In this document: positions 43,767-53,498 of the stretch, piece by piece
Layout of the letters: each line of letters begins with the position of its first letter
How positions within the stretch are numbered: the first letter of the stretch is position 1
Program-made: the position numbers and the translations under genes
The notes under the pieces: model-generated
Told to the model about the DNA's origin: nothing
What the model saw: the letters and a program-made list of their open reading frames with translations, nothing else
Database searches by the model: none
From: Candidatus Buchananbacteria bacterium RIFCSPHIGHO2_01_FULL_44_11
GTDB taxonomy: Bacteria; Patescibacteriota; Patescibacteriia; Buchananbacterales; UBA6539
Direction of reading: 5' to 3'
NCBI GenBank assembly: GCA_001817345.1
Contig: MHIE01000006.1
Span: 1 to 59,568, forward strand
Length of the DNA stretch: 59,568 bases

Positions 43767-45245
43767 ATGGAAGATCCCTTCCAACATCAAAATTCCCAGG
43801 CTAATTTGTCCCGTTCCCAACACTCAACTTTGAGGGCAAAGAAATTCTGGTGGCTGTTGGCGGGGATTTTTGTTATTATTTTATCCGCCGCCTTAATTTA
43901 TCGCTCGACGGCCGATCAGTCTGAAATTCTATCCTTAGTGCCAATTGATTCAGTTTTTTATTTGCAAGCCAATGGTCCGGCTTGGCCCTGGTCTAAAGTT
44001 GAGATTGCCGATTTACCTTTTGCTAATTTTTACGGTCAGCTGGAAACTATTTTTAGTTGGCCAGCCGGCAGTTTTCAAAAAAATATTTTAGCCTTTAGCT
44101 CGCAAGTGACTTTGGCGGCGGTGCCGAATCAAAACAGCGGTCAGTTGGATTTTGTTTTAATCATTAAATCTAAAAATGATTCAGTAGTTTCTGTTTTGAA
44201 TCAATCGCCGCATCATTTGTTGCTGAAAAAAAACCTAACCGCCGTGACCACCTCCGAAGAGGCGATTAAAAAATTGCTTGAAGTTCAGCAAGGCCAAACT
44301 TTTTCTTTAGCCGGCAATGTCAATTCTAAAAAGTTTGGCCGCCAGCTTCTGATCGGTTATTTTAATCTTAGTAATGTCAAAAGTTATCTGGCGCCAGAAA
44401 ATTTAGCGGAAGAAATTTTTACTCAGTTTTTGACCGGGGAGTTATACCTAAACTTTAATCAGTCTGCCGGCGGTTGGCAATTCAGCTTGGTGAGGGAGAA
44501 GACTTTTATTTCCAGCAGCGCCAAAAGTAAAACTTCAATTAAATATTTGCCGGCTGATTTTTTTGAATTCAGTTCCGGCCTTAATCTTTCCGAACTTTTT
44601 TCAATCTGGTCTCAAGTTGATCCGGAATTAAATAAAACCTTCAGCCAAACCGCCGCCGCTGTCACCGCTTTATACAATTTTAATTTGGCCGATGAATTTT
44701 CTGATTTATTAAGTCAGCCGGTTGACTTAATTCTTTTGCCGGCTCAGACGCCGAATGTTTTTGGCCTGGATTTCATTTTGTCTTTGCCTTCTGACAATAA
44801 AACCCTCAACCAGCTGGAAAGGTTGATCAATATAATTTTAGCTCAGAAAAAACCAACGGCGGTTGATCGCCTTTTGCCTGACGGTAGTCAAGTCACTGAA
44901 CTAATTGCCGAGCCGGACTCATTTGTTTGGCAGACTAAAGATTTAGCTGGCCAAGTAGTCCGCTATCTTAGCGAACCCAGCCTTAATTTTGCCGCGGCTT
45001 ATGTTGTTTCTAATAATCGCGTTGTTTTAGCTACTTCAATTGAGCGGCTGGAGCAGTTTTTATCTACCAGCGAGATTGTCGTATCAGATTTAGTTGATCG
45101 TTGCGGCTTTGACTTGGCTGGCAATTTGATTTTTTTAAACCCACAGAACTTTACCTGGCCGGTCAGAGACTATCTGCCTCCAGGCGTAATTTTAATCAAA
45201 CCCCTAGAGTCTTCTGGTTTGTCTGGCTGCGTTATTGAAAATTAA
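43767..45245 (+). CDS. Hypothetical membrane-anchored protein
   Basis: 492-aa ORF with one N-terminal TM segment. No recognised motif. Confidence 0.5.
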   Translation: MEDPFQHQNSQANLSRSQHSTLRAKKFWWLLAGIFVIILSAALIYRSTADQSEILSLVPIDSVFYLQANGPAWPWSKVEIADLPFANFYGQLETIFSWPAGSFQKNILAFSSQVTLAAVPNQNSGQLDFVLIIKSKNDSVVSVLNQSPHHLLLKKNLTAVTTSEEAIKKLLEVQQGQTFSLAGNVNSKKFGRQLLIGYFNLSNVKSYLAPENLAEEIFTQFLTGELYLNFNQSAGGWQFSLVREKTFISSSAKSKTSIKYLPADFFEFSSGLNLSELFSIWSQVDPELNKTFSQTAAAVTALYNFNLADEFSDLLSQPVDLILLPAQTPNVFGLDFILSLPSDNKTLNQLERLINIILAQKKPTAVDRLLPDGSQVTELIAEPDSFVWQTKDLAGQVVRYLSEPSLNFAAAYVVSNNRVVLATSIERLEQFLSTSEIVVSDLVDRCGFDLAGNLIFLNPQNFTWPVRDYLPPGVILIKPLESSGLSGCVIEN

Positions 45246-45422
45246 GTCCGTTGGAAAGTTCATCATATTTTTCTTTTGTTTTTAGGCTTATCCACCTATG
45301 TTTATAGTAAATGTGGATAAGTTGTTAACACTTTGTAATATAGTAAAAAATCTTTCTTGGTTTTTGTAAAGTCATAAATTTTGCTAAAATAAAGCAATTT
45401 TTTTTGTTAATCACAATGGGGA

Positions 45423-45451
45423 TTGACACGTATAGTTTTGTGTGATATATT
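45423..45451 (+). promoter_or_regulatory. Consensus sigma70-type promoter
   Basis: TTGACA-N17-TATATT with TG at the extended -10 position. Confidence 0.6.
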
Positions 45452-45457
45452 AAATCT

Positions 45458-45812
45458 AGATATTGTTACTTTACATCAGAAAAGTTTCCCTAAAAGTGTT
45501 TGGAGAAACTTTTTTCTTCTCTACTACTCTTATTGAGCCGGGTCATAAAACTGACTATGGCCTACAAAAATAAAAACAAATTTTTAGGTTGAAGGACGCC
45601 AAAAAGAGAGTCCTAACCACAGAGAGGTAGAGGAGTGTTCCAGTCAGCGGGAACAAAAATATAGCAGTCTGTAAAGAATTTTCTGTTTTAGTGGGAAGAG
45701 AGTGAGTCAAAATTTGGCTTTCTGCCTTCTCACTAGAACAGTATAGACAGACTCCCAGGGCGCGTAGCCATCCATTATTATAAATTGGGCCATAATCGCG
45801 CCCTTTTGCTTT
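45458..45812 (+). ncRNA. Candidate ~350-nt structured non-coding transcript (family not recognised)
   Basis: It starts at the promoter at 45423-45451 and has no ORF >=60 aa. It contains a 10-bp hairpin at 45479-45514 and a 16-bp hairpin 45683-45698/45726-45741 whose two G.U pairs form only in the plus sense. It ends at terminator GGGCGCG..CGCGCCC-TTTT (45758-45812). Confidence 0.4.
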
Positions 45813-45874
45813 GGCTAAATTTTTGCTATGATGGTATTCCCTCCCAAATCAATTTACGTTATAATTATAATGAT

Positions 45875-46246
45875 ATGAATAAAGCGTCTTTGGCCAAAAT
45901 TCAAACCAATTTGGAAGAAGAAAAGGCTAGGATTGAGCGTGAGCTGGCCACTTTTACCAATAAGGACAGTAATAATAAAGACAACTATAATTCTCAGTTT
46001 CCTGAGTTTGGTAATGATGAAGATGAAAACGCCGCCGAGGTGGCTGATTACAGCGATCGGCTTTCTTTGGAGCACACCCTGGAAGTTCAGTTGCGTGACG
46101 TCAATAAAGCTTTGGCTAATATTAAAAACGGTAAGTACGGTATTTGTCAGTATTGTCATAATGAGATTGAAGAAGGTCGACTTTTAGCCCGGCCGGTTTC
46201 CAGTTCTTGTGTTAACTGCAAAAAGAAATTAAAAGGCGAAAATTAA
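45875..46246 (+). CDS. DksA/TraR-family C4 zinc-finger protein
   Basis: CQYCHNEIEEGRLLARPVSSSCVNC. ATG 45875 is preferred to the track's 45785. Confidence 0.75.
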   Translation: MNKASLAKIQTNLEEEKARIERELATFTNKDSNNKDNYNSQFPEFGNDEDENAAEVADYSDRLSLEHTLEVQLRDVNKALANIKNGKYGICQYCHNEIEEGRLLARPVSSSCVNCKKKLKGEN

Positions 46247-46249
46247 TTT

Positions 46250-46708
46250 ATGTTTAAAAAGTACCTAAGCATTAACTTGCCGGTGCTTTTTTTGTTTGTC
46301 TTAGATCGGCTGGCCAAACTTTGGTTTGTTAAAAATCCTGATTTTTTTAAAGAAGCCGTGGCTGGATTTTTGAGTTTTCAGCTGGAAAAAAATTTCGGCG
46401 TCGCTTTTGGCTTGCCCTTAAATAAAACCTTGACGGTGATTTTGACTGTTATCATCATCATCATTCTAATTTCCATATTGCTGAAGTTGTATTATAAAAA
46501 AAACGTTTGGCTCGTATTTTCTCTTAGTTTGATTATTCTGGGTGCCGGCTCTAATTTAATTGATCGGCTCAAGTATGGTTTTGTTGTTGATTACATCAAT
46601 GTGCCATTTTTCACGGTTTTTAATTTAGCTGACGCCATGATTAGCCTGGGCGTAGTTTTAGTCATCAGCCAGCAATTATTTTCTCAAACCAGGCATCAGC
46701 AGTCTTAG
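46250..46708 (+). CDS. lspA: Lipoprotein signal peptidase (SPase II)
   Basis: NFGVAFG, GSNLIDR, VVDYI, FNLADAMIS. Confidence 0.85.
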   Translation: MFKKYLSINLPVLFLFVLDRLAKLWFVKNPDFFKEAVAGFLSFQLEKNFGVAFGLPLNKTLTVILTVIIIIILISILLKLYYKKNVWLVFSLSLIILGAGSNLIDRLKYGFVVDYINVPFFTVFNLADAMISLGVVLVISQQLFSQTRHQQS

Positions 46709-46800
46709 ATTCTTTACTCTGGACAAAATATTAGAATTAAGATAAGCTGAGGTTACAATTGATAAATCAATATAGCGCACCATTTTGGCGCGTTTTTTGT

Positions 46801-47082
46801 ATGAAAAATTATTATATCTATATTATTACTAATCAAAGAAACAACGTTTTATATACCGGTGTTACCAATGACCTAAATAGGAGGATATATGAACATAAAA
46901 ATAAATTAATACCGGGTTTCAGCCATAAGTACAATTTAAACAAATTGGTTTATTATGAGGAATCTAATGGTATCTACAATGCAATCATTAGAGAAAAGCA
47001 GATTAAGAATTGGCACAGGGAATGGAAGGTTAATCTGATTACGAGCGTTAACCCTCGCTGGGAGGATTTATACATCTTATAG
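46801..47082 (+). CDS. GIY-YIG nuclease superfamily protein (UPF0213-like)
   Basis: YYIYIITNQRNNVLYTGVTNDLNRRIYEHK. Confidence 0.8.
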   Translation: MKNYYIYIITNQRNNVLYTGVTNDLNRRIYEHKNKLIPGFSHKYNLNKLVYYEESNGIYNAIIREKQIKNWHREWKVNLITSVNPRWEDLYIL

Positions 47083-47084
47083 TT

Positions 47085-47150
47085 GTGTCATTCTAAACTT
47101 GTTTCAGAATCTGAATCAAGAAGAGATCCTGAAATAAATTCAGGATGACA
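47085..47150. repeat. Paired-hairpin repeat (MITE-like), copy 2
   Basis: GTGTCATTCTAAACTTGTTTCAGAATC ... GATCCTGAAATAAATTCAGGATGACA. Confidence 0.5.
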
Positions 47151-47187
47151 AGAATAATCATTAATATTTTAACCCTAAATATATTCT

Positions 47188-48714
47188 ATGTCTGCTAAAG
47201 TTTTATCCGCCGCGGTTTTGGGGCTGGACTGTGAACTGGTAGAAGTGGAAGCTGATACCTCCCTGGCTTTGCCCGGTATTTATATTGTTGGTCTGCCTGA
47301 CAAAGCCGTGGATGAATCAAGGGAGCGGGTCAGGTCGGCGATTAAAAATTCCGGCCTGGAAATGCCACGGACTAAAGTAACTATTAATTTAGCGCCGGCT
47401 GATCTAAAAAAGATGGGCCCGGTTTATGATTTACCCATTGCCGTCAGTATTTTACTGACCACTAAGCAGTTAAAACTTGCAGCGGCTTGGTCGCGGCAGA
47501 TTTTTATCGGCGAGCTGTCTTTAGACGGTGGACTCAGACCAGTTAACGGCGTTTTATCTATTTGTTTAGCCGCCAAAGCCGGCGGCGTAACTACAATTTA
47601 TTTACCCCAAGATAATGCGGCGGAAGCCAGTTTAATTTCCGGCCTAACTATTATTCCTTGCCAAAATTTAAGACAGTTGGCGCGGCATCTATTAGGTCAA
47701 GAGCTGATCAGTCCCAGTCGGCCGGATTTCGCCAGCTACCTGGCGGACAATGCCGTGCCATTGCCTCATGATATGGCTTATATCAAAGGCCAGAATCAAG
47801 CTAAGCGGGCGCTGGAGATTGCCGCCGCCGGCGGCCATAACATCTTGATGTCCGGTCCACCCGGTTCGGGCAAAACTATGCTGGCCAAAGCGATGACAAC
47901 TATTTTGCCGCCAATGACCTTAGCTGAGTCTTTGGAAGTGACAAAAATTTACAGCGTGGCCGGAGTTTTATCAAACCACCAGCCTCTAATTACACGCCGA
48001 CCGTTTCGGCTGCCTCATCATACTGCTTCGGGCGTGGCACTCGTCGGCGGCGGCGCCTGGCCCCGGCCCGGGGAAATTTCTTTGTCGCACCGCGGGGTTT
48101 TGTTTCTGGATGAATTTCCCGAATTCCCCCGTTCAGTTTTGGAAAATTTGCGCCAGCCGTTGGAAGACGGCGTGATTTCTGTCTCGCGCGCCGCCGGCAC
48201 TTTGCAGTTTCCGGCTAATTTTATTTTGGTTGCGGCAATGAATCCCTGTCCTTGCGGTTATTTAACCGACCCGGATCGGCGTTGTACTTGCGGGCCGGCT
48301 CAAGTGATTAAGTATCAAAAAAAGATTTCCGGGCCTTTATTGGACCGGATTGATTTGCACGTGGCGGTGCCGAAAGTTAAAATTGACCGACTGATTGACG
48401 ATAATATTGCCGAACCGTCTGAATCTATTCGTCAGCGGGTGACTTTAGCTCGTCAAATTCAGCAACAGCGGTTTAAAGACTTAAACATTTTAACTAACGC
48501 CGAAATGTCCTCGCGCCAAACCCAGGCGTTTTGCCCGGTTGATCAAAAAACTGTTACCCTTTTGTCGCAAGCGGTTAACCGGCTGGGACTGTCCGCCCGC
48601 TCTTATTTCCGGATTCTAAAGTTAGCCCGGACCATTGCCGACCTGAACGGTGAAGAAAACATTAAGTTAGCGGACGTGGCCGAAGCATTGCAGTACCGGC
48701 CTAAAATTGAATAA
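47188..48714 (+). CDS. comM: Mg-chelatase-like AAA+ protein (YifB/ComM family)
   Basis: GPPGSGKTMLA, LFLDEFPEF, MNPCPCG. Confidence 0.85.
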   Translation: MSAKVLSAAVLGLDCELVEVEADTSLALPGIYIVGLPDKAVDESRERVRSAIKNSGLEMPRTKVTINLAPADLKKMGPVYDLPIAVSILLTTKQLKLAAAWSRQIFIGELSLDGGLRPVNGVLSICLAAKAGGVTTIYLPQDNAAEASLISGLTIIPCQNLRQLARHLLGQELISPSRPDFASYLADNAVPLPHDMAYIKGQNQAKRALEIAAAGGHNILMSGPPGSGKTMLAKAMTTILPPMTLAESLEVTKIYSVAGVLSNHQPLITRRPFRLPHHTASGVALVGGGAWPRPGEISLSHRGVLFLDEFPEFPRSVLENLRQPLEDGVISVSRAAGTLQFPANFILVAAMNPCPCGYLTDPDRRCTCGPAQVIKYQKKISGPLLDRIDLHVAVPKVKIDRLIDDNIAEPSESIRQRVTLARQIQQQRFKDLNILTNAEMSSRQTQAFCPVDQKTVTLLSQAVNRLGLSARSYFRILKLARTIADLNGEENIKLADVAEALQYRPKIE

Positions 48715-48725
48715 TTTTATTAGTC

Positions 48726-49334
48726 TTAATCTAGTTTTTTATTTTCAACGGGTACAAGTTCCATTCCGCACTTAGGACACAGGCCAGCCTGGTCTTGCTT
48801 TATTTCCGGATGCATCGGGCAGGTGTAAACAGCCCTTAACGATGTCTTTGGACTTGTAAAGTGACCATTTACTCCTTTAAGCATTTGGTTAACGCACCAC
48901 TTCGCATAAACTCCGCCAAATAATCGTCCCAGCCAGGCGTTATTTTTTGGCCAGTCATAATCAATAAAAACACGCAATAAAGAACCGGCCGGCTGCGGCT
49001 TTAACTCAATACCCATACGATAATGGCCGATGACCAAAAGTTTTAGGTCCCCGATTGTTTCCCAGACTTTCAGATGAGGCTGGTCGTAGTGGGTGACAAC
49101 TTCATCTAAGAACAATTTAATCCCAAGCACTTTCCCGCTTAGCCTAATGTGAGAACCAATTTTTTGACCTTGACTTTCGTCAACCGCTACTATCATCCGC
49201 CCGCCGCCCATTAGCCAAGACGACTGGCTCATGTGCGAGGAAAAACGAGCGTGATCGTCCACGTAAGAAAAAACCTCCGTCTGAGAAGCAGTAACAAAAA
49301 TACTATTTTCGTAATGTTTTAATGTTTTATTCAT
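48726..49334 (-). CDS. SRPBCC-like protein with a C-terminal heavy-metal-binding Cys motif
   Basis: The C-terminus, YTCPMHPEIKQDQAGLCPKCGMELV, is the motif seen on CopA/CusB-type proteins. Confidence 0.6.
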   Translation of the reverse strand: MNKTLKHYENSIFVTASQTEVFSYVDDHARFSSHMSQSSWLMGGGRMIVAVDESQGQKIGSHIRLSGKVLGIKLFLDEVVTHYDQPHLKVWETIGDLKLLVIGHYRMGIELKPQPAGSLLRVFIDYDWPKNNAWLGRLFGGVYAKWCVNQMLKGVNGHFTSPKTSLRAVYTCPMHPEIKQDQAGLCPKCGMELVPVENKKLD

Positions 49335-49379
49335 GCGCCTTACGTATTGCTGTCTAAGACTTTTTTAAAAATTTTTAAT

Positions 49380-50567
49380 TCATTTATCTACCCGAGCGGT
49401 GCCAAAACGAAAAAAATAGTATGCCGCCAAATAAGTGGTGATCGGTACGGCAATCACCAAGGCGCTGCTGCCAATTAGAGTCCGGACTATTTCTTCAGTA
49501 ATCCGTTCCGAATTTAAAGTCACCCACAGCGGCATGTATGATTGCGTTTTAAAAAGCAAAAGTAAAGGGAAGGAAGCGCCGACATAGGCCAGGGCTAACG
49601 TATTAACTAATGACACAATATGTTCATGGCCGACAGATAAACCACGCTTGGTTAATTCGCGAAAACTGAGTTTATTATTGGCTTTGTATATTTCTTCCAC
49701 CGTTGCCGCTTGGGCGGTGGTCACATCATCTAAAACACCCAAAATGCCGATGATAATTCCACCCAGCAGGAGCCCGCGTAAATTAATGGTGGCTAGATCG
49801 CCAACCTGAACGTAAAATGCTTCTTCCGTGCCCAGCCCGAACATTTTTGCCCACTTAATGGCAAATATAGCAACGCCAATTGAAATAATCAAGGTAATTA
49901 ACGTGCTCAAAACCGCCAGGGTGGTCCGCCGATTAAAGCCATGCCCCAGATAAATTGAAATCAAAGCAATAATGAGTCCGCCGATTAAAAAGGTGATAAA
50001 AGGACTGCCACCCTCAATAATCCGGGGCAAAATGTAAAAAACAATTACGGCAATAGTAAAGCCCAAACCAATAATTGAACGTATGCCTTTCCAGCCGGTG
50101 AAAGCCGCTACCAAGATAAAAAAGAAGATTGCCAAATAAACCACCGATTTAATGCGGTAACGATCAATAATATAATGCACCTCTTCTCCGAGCTGTTCGG
50201 TTTGGACCACCAGGATTTTTTCTCCTACTTTCAAATCCTGATCGCCATTGCCAGTTGAGCCAGGAGCATAAGACAGTTCCATGGTTTGACCGCTTTTTGG
50301 CCCTTGAAGTAATTTTACCTCAACGAGCTGAGAAAATCTTTCAATAGCCGGAATCAAAAGGTCGTCGTCGTAAATTTCGTCAATGATTTTGGTCACCACT
50401 GCCTGGTAGTAGCGATCGTCCGCCGGATCGTATTCCTGGACATTGAATTCGTCGGTGGTTTCTTGATTTACCTCAGCTAAAGAGTCTGGCGGCTCAGCGG
50501 CAGAAACATTGCCGGGTATCGCCAGTAATAAAAGAAAAATAATGAGTAAAAATTTGTTGATTAACAT
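49380..50567 (-). CDS. YibE/F-family membrane protein
   Basis: 395 aa: signal anchor, extracytoplasmic domain, then multiple TM segments. Confidence 0.65.
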   Translation of the reverse strand: MLINKFLLIIFLLLLAIPGNVSAAEPPDSLAEVNQETTDEFNVQEYDPADDRYYQAVVTKIIDEIYDDDLLIPAIERFSQLVEVKLLQGPKSGQTMELSYAPGSTGNGDQDLKVGEKILVVQTEQLGEEVHYIIDRYRIKSVVYLAIFFFILVAAFTGWKGIRSIIGLGFTIAVIVFYILPRIIEGGSPFITFLIGGLIIALISIYLGHGFNRRTTLAVLSTLITLIISIGVAIFAIKWAKMFGLGTEEAFYVQVGDLATINLRGLLLGGIIIGILGVLDDVTTAQAATVEEIYKANNKLSFRELTKRGLSVGHEHIVSLVNTLALAYVGASFPLLLLFKTQSYMPLWVTLNSERITEEIVRTLIGSSALVIAVPITTYLAAYYFFRFGTARVDK

Positions 50568-50618
50568 TATTGATTTGTTTGGGGCTAGTTGTCTAATTTA
50601 GATCAAAAAAGCATACAT

Positions 50619-50852
50619 TTAAAGATGCCGGTGACTATTGTGGTCATCTTGACTGCCGTCACTATCATGACCGCCGTGATTTTTGTGCATAAATAAATGC
50701 ATCAATGGGCATGCCAAAATCAATAGATATGGCAGAATGCCAAACACATGAGCCCAATGGTCAACTATTAGCAAAATAGCGGCAACGACCAAAATACAAA
50801 TTATAGTCCAATGTAAAGCCGACAATTTTTTTTTGAAATTTACACTAATCAT
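50619..50852 (-). CDS. Small membrane protein with a His-rich tail (DUF2933-like)
   Basis: ACPLMHLFMHKNHGGHDSDGSQDDHNSHRHL. The internal Met start was chosen to avoid overlap. Confidence 0.5.
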   Translation of the reverse strand: MISVNFKKKLSALHWTIICILVVAAILLIVDHWAHVFGILPYLLILACPLMHLFMHKNHGGHDSDGSQDDHNSHRHL

Positions 50853-50859
50853 ACGACTA

Positions 50860-51072
50860 TTAGTTATCACGTTCCAGCTGTCGGCGATATAAAGCACAAA
50901 CGCCGGCTGAGATCGCAATCAGTTGAAGCGCAATGGCATCGTTAAAAAGATGTGATTGGCTAAATCCCCAAAATGTCCCGCCTTGGCCGGCCAACCAGGC
51001 GCCGAGCAATGCCAAAGCACCCCAAATGCCCGTAACAATTGACGTTCCATGGATAAGTGACGATTTTTTCAT
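50860..51072 (-). CDS. Small 2-TM membrane protein
   Basis: MKKSSLIHGTSIVTGIWGALALLGAW.. Confidence 0.45.
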   Translation of the reverse strand: MKKSSLIHGTSIVTGIWGALALLGAWLAGQGGTFWGFSQSHLFNDAIALQLIAISAGVCALYRRQLERDN

Positions 51073-51180
51073 ATCAATAATAATAATCAATGATTAACGA
51101 TGGGCAGTTTACCCCGCACCTTTTATGTCTATAAAAGGTGCGGGGTTTAGGGTCATGTCCAGGATGACTCTTCAGCGTCC

Positions 51181-51225
51181 CTAGCAGCAGGGACCGGTTC
51201 TCGATATCATGAATCTTTTAATCAT
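51181..51225 (-). CDS. Micro-ORF MIKRFMISRTGPCC (14 aa)
   Basis: AAAGGAGGTG lies 5 nt upstream of the ATG. It is a paralog of the micro-ORF at 52943-53011. Confidence 0.4.
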   Translation of the reverse strand: MIKRFMISRTGPCC

Positions 51226-51313
51226 ATAGTCACCTCCTTTTAATTATTTTAGACATTAATTATTTATTTTTTGTGATTCTGTAATCAGTATAGCACACAT
51301 CTTTTGGTAGAGA

Positions 51314-52831
51314 TTATAGAATTTTTCCCAACTCATTAACTAAACCATTGTTATGAATTGCCATATTCGGGTCATCGTAGACATGCCTGACGATTCCTGC
51401 CTTATCAATAACGATATAAGTGTGCCCGGGGAGAGAACCATAATGCATAGAAGAAGGGGTGGTCAGCGCACCAAAGGCATTTGACATCTCTCGATTAGTG
51501 TCAAAAACTACGGTCGCCTCGGCCAGCTTAGGCATTTTGCTGATTGCTCTTTGCCAGTCTTGAGCTGAATCAACCACTACCGATAAGACGACCGTATCTT
51601 CTAAGCGACTATCATCAGCCAAAGCCACGATTTGATTCCAGCAGGCAGGATAGCACATCAAGCCCTCGTTAAAAAAAAGAACGACATTTTTTCCCTTAAG
51701 ACTTTCCAGAGAATAATTGTTGCCGTCAAAGTCAGATAAGGAAAAGTTAGGTGACACCTTACCAACTAACCCCTCTAATTTGGCGGTTGAAGCCGAATTT
51801 TTTACTCCTCCAGTATGATGACCGGCCATACTATCAACCGCTGGATTGGCCGCACCGGCCAAATCGGTTGATTGACCTCTATTACTAGCGTTGCCCAATG
51901 CCCAGACTAGGATTATTATTACACCAATCAGGACCCAAGTGGTAACGTTGTTATTTTTATTTAGATGGCTCATAGTATTTTGACTTTTAAATAAATTAAT
52001 AGCTTTAATGGTTATAATTACGAAGAGCATAAGGAAAAATATAGCCCAGACCCACTCGGGAAAAAACTTTATTGATCCTTTTAAGGAATCCAAGAGTTGC
52101 GTCAGATAAATATTAATATTTATCTGATAACTAGAATGAACCGCCAGGCGGTTGGTAGCGGCTAGAAAGAGAGTCAGAGCTCCCATCGCCAGAAATGTTA
52201 CGCCGGAGACCGCTTCAGTCCAAGTCAGCCTGATCCGCTTTTTCCCCAATAAGAATTCCAATGGTTTTCTGGCGGCCATGAATTTTTTAGTGATTTCCGT
52301 TTTATCAAGAAACAAAGCGATGAAAAATAGCGGTGAAACCATGCCCAAAACATAGCTTAAGGTGTAGATGCTGCCCCAAAAAAGAGAGCCCGGTAAAACC
52401 GAGAGCGCAAAAACTCCGGCTAAAACCGGCGCACAGCACGTCGTCGCTATGCCGGAAAAGATTCCCAGGGTGAAAACGGAAAAAACATTATTAGCCTTAA
52501 GAACAGGATGGACTCGGAATGGCAGGGATATGTGAACACCGAAAATCAAACTTAGTCCCAGCAGTAGCAAGAAGGCGCCGCCAAAAGCGAATATGATGTT
52601 GTGATAGCGGCTTAAGACTTGGCCAAAGGCCGCCAAACCAAGACCGAGAGGCAGAAAAACAAGCAGGATTCCCAAAAAGAAAACAAAAGTCATCAAGAAG
52701 ACTTTTCTCTTCTCGTGGAAAATCGAACCCAGGTATGAAGGCAAAAGCACGGTAATACAACAAGGAGCAAAGAGGGCGGCGACTCCAGCAATGAAAGCTG
52801 AGACGATTGAAGCACTAACTAGTAAATCCAT
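51314..52831 (-). CDS. CcdA/DsbD-like membrane thiol-disulfide transporter fused to a thioredoxin-fold (redoxin) domain
   Basis: N-terminal multi-TM region with conserved Cys residues. The C-terminal domain has VVLFFNEGLMCYPAC (CxxC). Confidence 0.7.
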   Translation of the reverse strand: MDLLVSASIVSAFIAGVAALFAPCCITVLLPSYLGSIFHEKRKVFLMTFVFFLGILLVFLPLGLGLAAFGQVLSRYHNIIFAFGGAFLLLLGLSLIFGVHISLPFRVHPVLKANNVFSVFTLGIFSGIATTCCAPVLAGVFALSVLPGSLFWGSIYTLSYVLGMVSPLFFIALFLDKTEITKKFMAARKPLEFLLGKKRIRLTWTEAVSGVTFLAMGALTLFLAATNRLAVHSSYQININIYLTQLLDSLKGSIKFFPEWVWAIFFLMLFVIITIKAINLFKSQNTMSHLNKNNNVTTWVLIGVIIILVWALGNASNRGQSTDLAGAANPAVDSMAGHHTGGVKNSASTAKLEGLVGKVSPNFSLSDFDGNNYSLESLKGKNVVLFFNEGLMCYPACWNQIVALADDSRLEDTVVLSVVVDSAQDWQRAISKMPKLAEATVVFDTNREMSNAFGALTTPSSMHYGSLPGHTYIVIDKAGIVRHVYDDPNMAIHNNGLVNELGKIL

Positions 52832-52942
52832 AATGATTGCTTGTGATAATTTATTATAATTGCTTAAGTGCCGCGTCCCGCTACCCAACCCTTTCCGTGC
52901 TTATCATATTAGACAGAAAAGGCTGGGTTGGTTTATCAATCT

Positions 52943-53011
52943 TTAATATCTTATTATCCAGTGACCGTCATCACAGTGAGCGGTTCGCGGTATCATGAAT
53001 TTTTTAATCAT
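52943..53011 (-). CDS. Micro-ORF MIKKFMIPRTAHCDDGHWIIRY (22 aa)
   Basis: Its ATG overlaps the TGA of the upstream gene (GTATGA). AAGGAGATGG serves as RBS. Confidence 0.4.
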   Translation of the reverse strand: MIKKFMIPRTAHCDDGHWIIRY

Positions 53012-53478
53012 ACAACCATCTCCTTTTTAATCAGTTTAGACATTATTTTTTTATTTTTCTGTGACAGGCATAGCATATAGGCAATTCCCAGCAGGTTGAT
53101 AGATACACCAAGAATCAGGAATGACTTCTGATATTGGGCCAGGAATATAGTTGCCCCCGAAACTCCTAGAATCGGTAGAACATCGGCCAGATGATGAGCA
53201 CAACAAGCTACCATGGCCGTACCCGACATTGTCCCGCTGGCTCCCGGTACGGCCCCATTAGTATGATTCATGCCGCAGTTTTTAAGGTAAACCCAAAGAC
53301 CGATTTGGACGCCAAAGCCAATGATGATTGCTAAGATTAAGTACCAGACTGCCAGAAAATTAAGCCAGACGGCTGATGGCGGCATAGTTAGGAGCATAAT
53401 CGTCAGATAAAATCCGGCCATTGCCGCACCGGCGATAATACCCCAGAACAACGATTTCATTTTTGGGTCTTTAGGCAT
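53008..53478 (-). CDS. Membrane protein with a CCAHH motif
   Basis: 156 aa, 4 TM, ACCAHHLADVLPILG. Confidence 0.5.
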   Translation of the reverse strand: MPKDPKMKSLFWGIIAGAAMAGFYLTIMLLTMPPSAVWLNFLAVWYLILAIIIGFGVQIGLWVYLKNCGMNHTNGAVPGASGTMSGTAMVACCAHHLADVLPILGVSGATIFLAQYQKSFLILGVSINLLGIAYMLCLSQKNKKIMSKLIKKEMVV

Positions 53479-53498
53479 AATTATTTAGTTTTAAGCTA

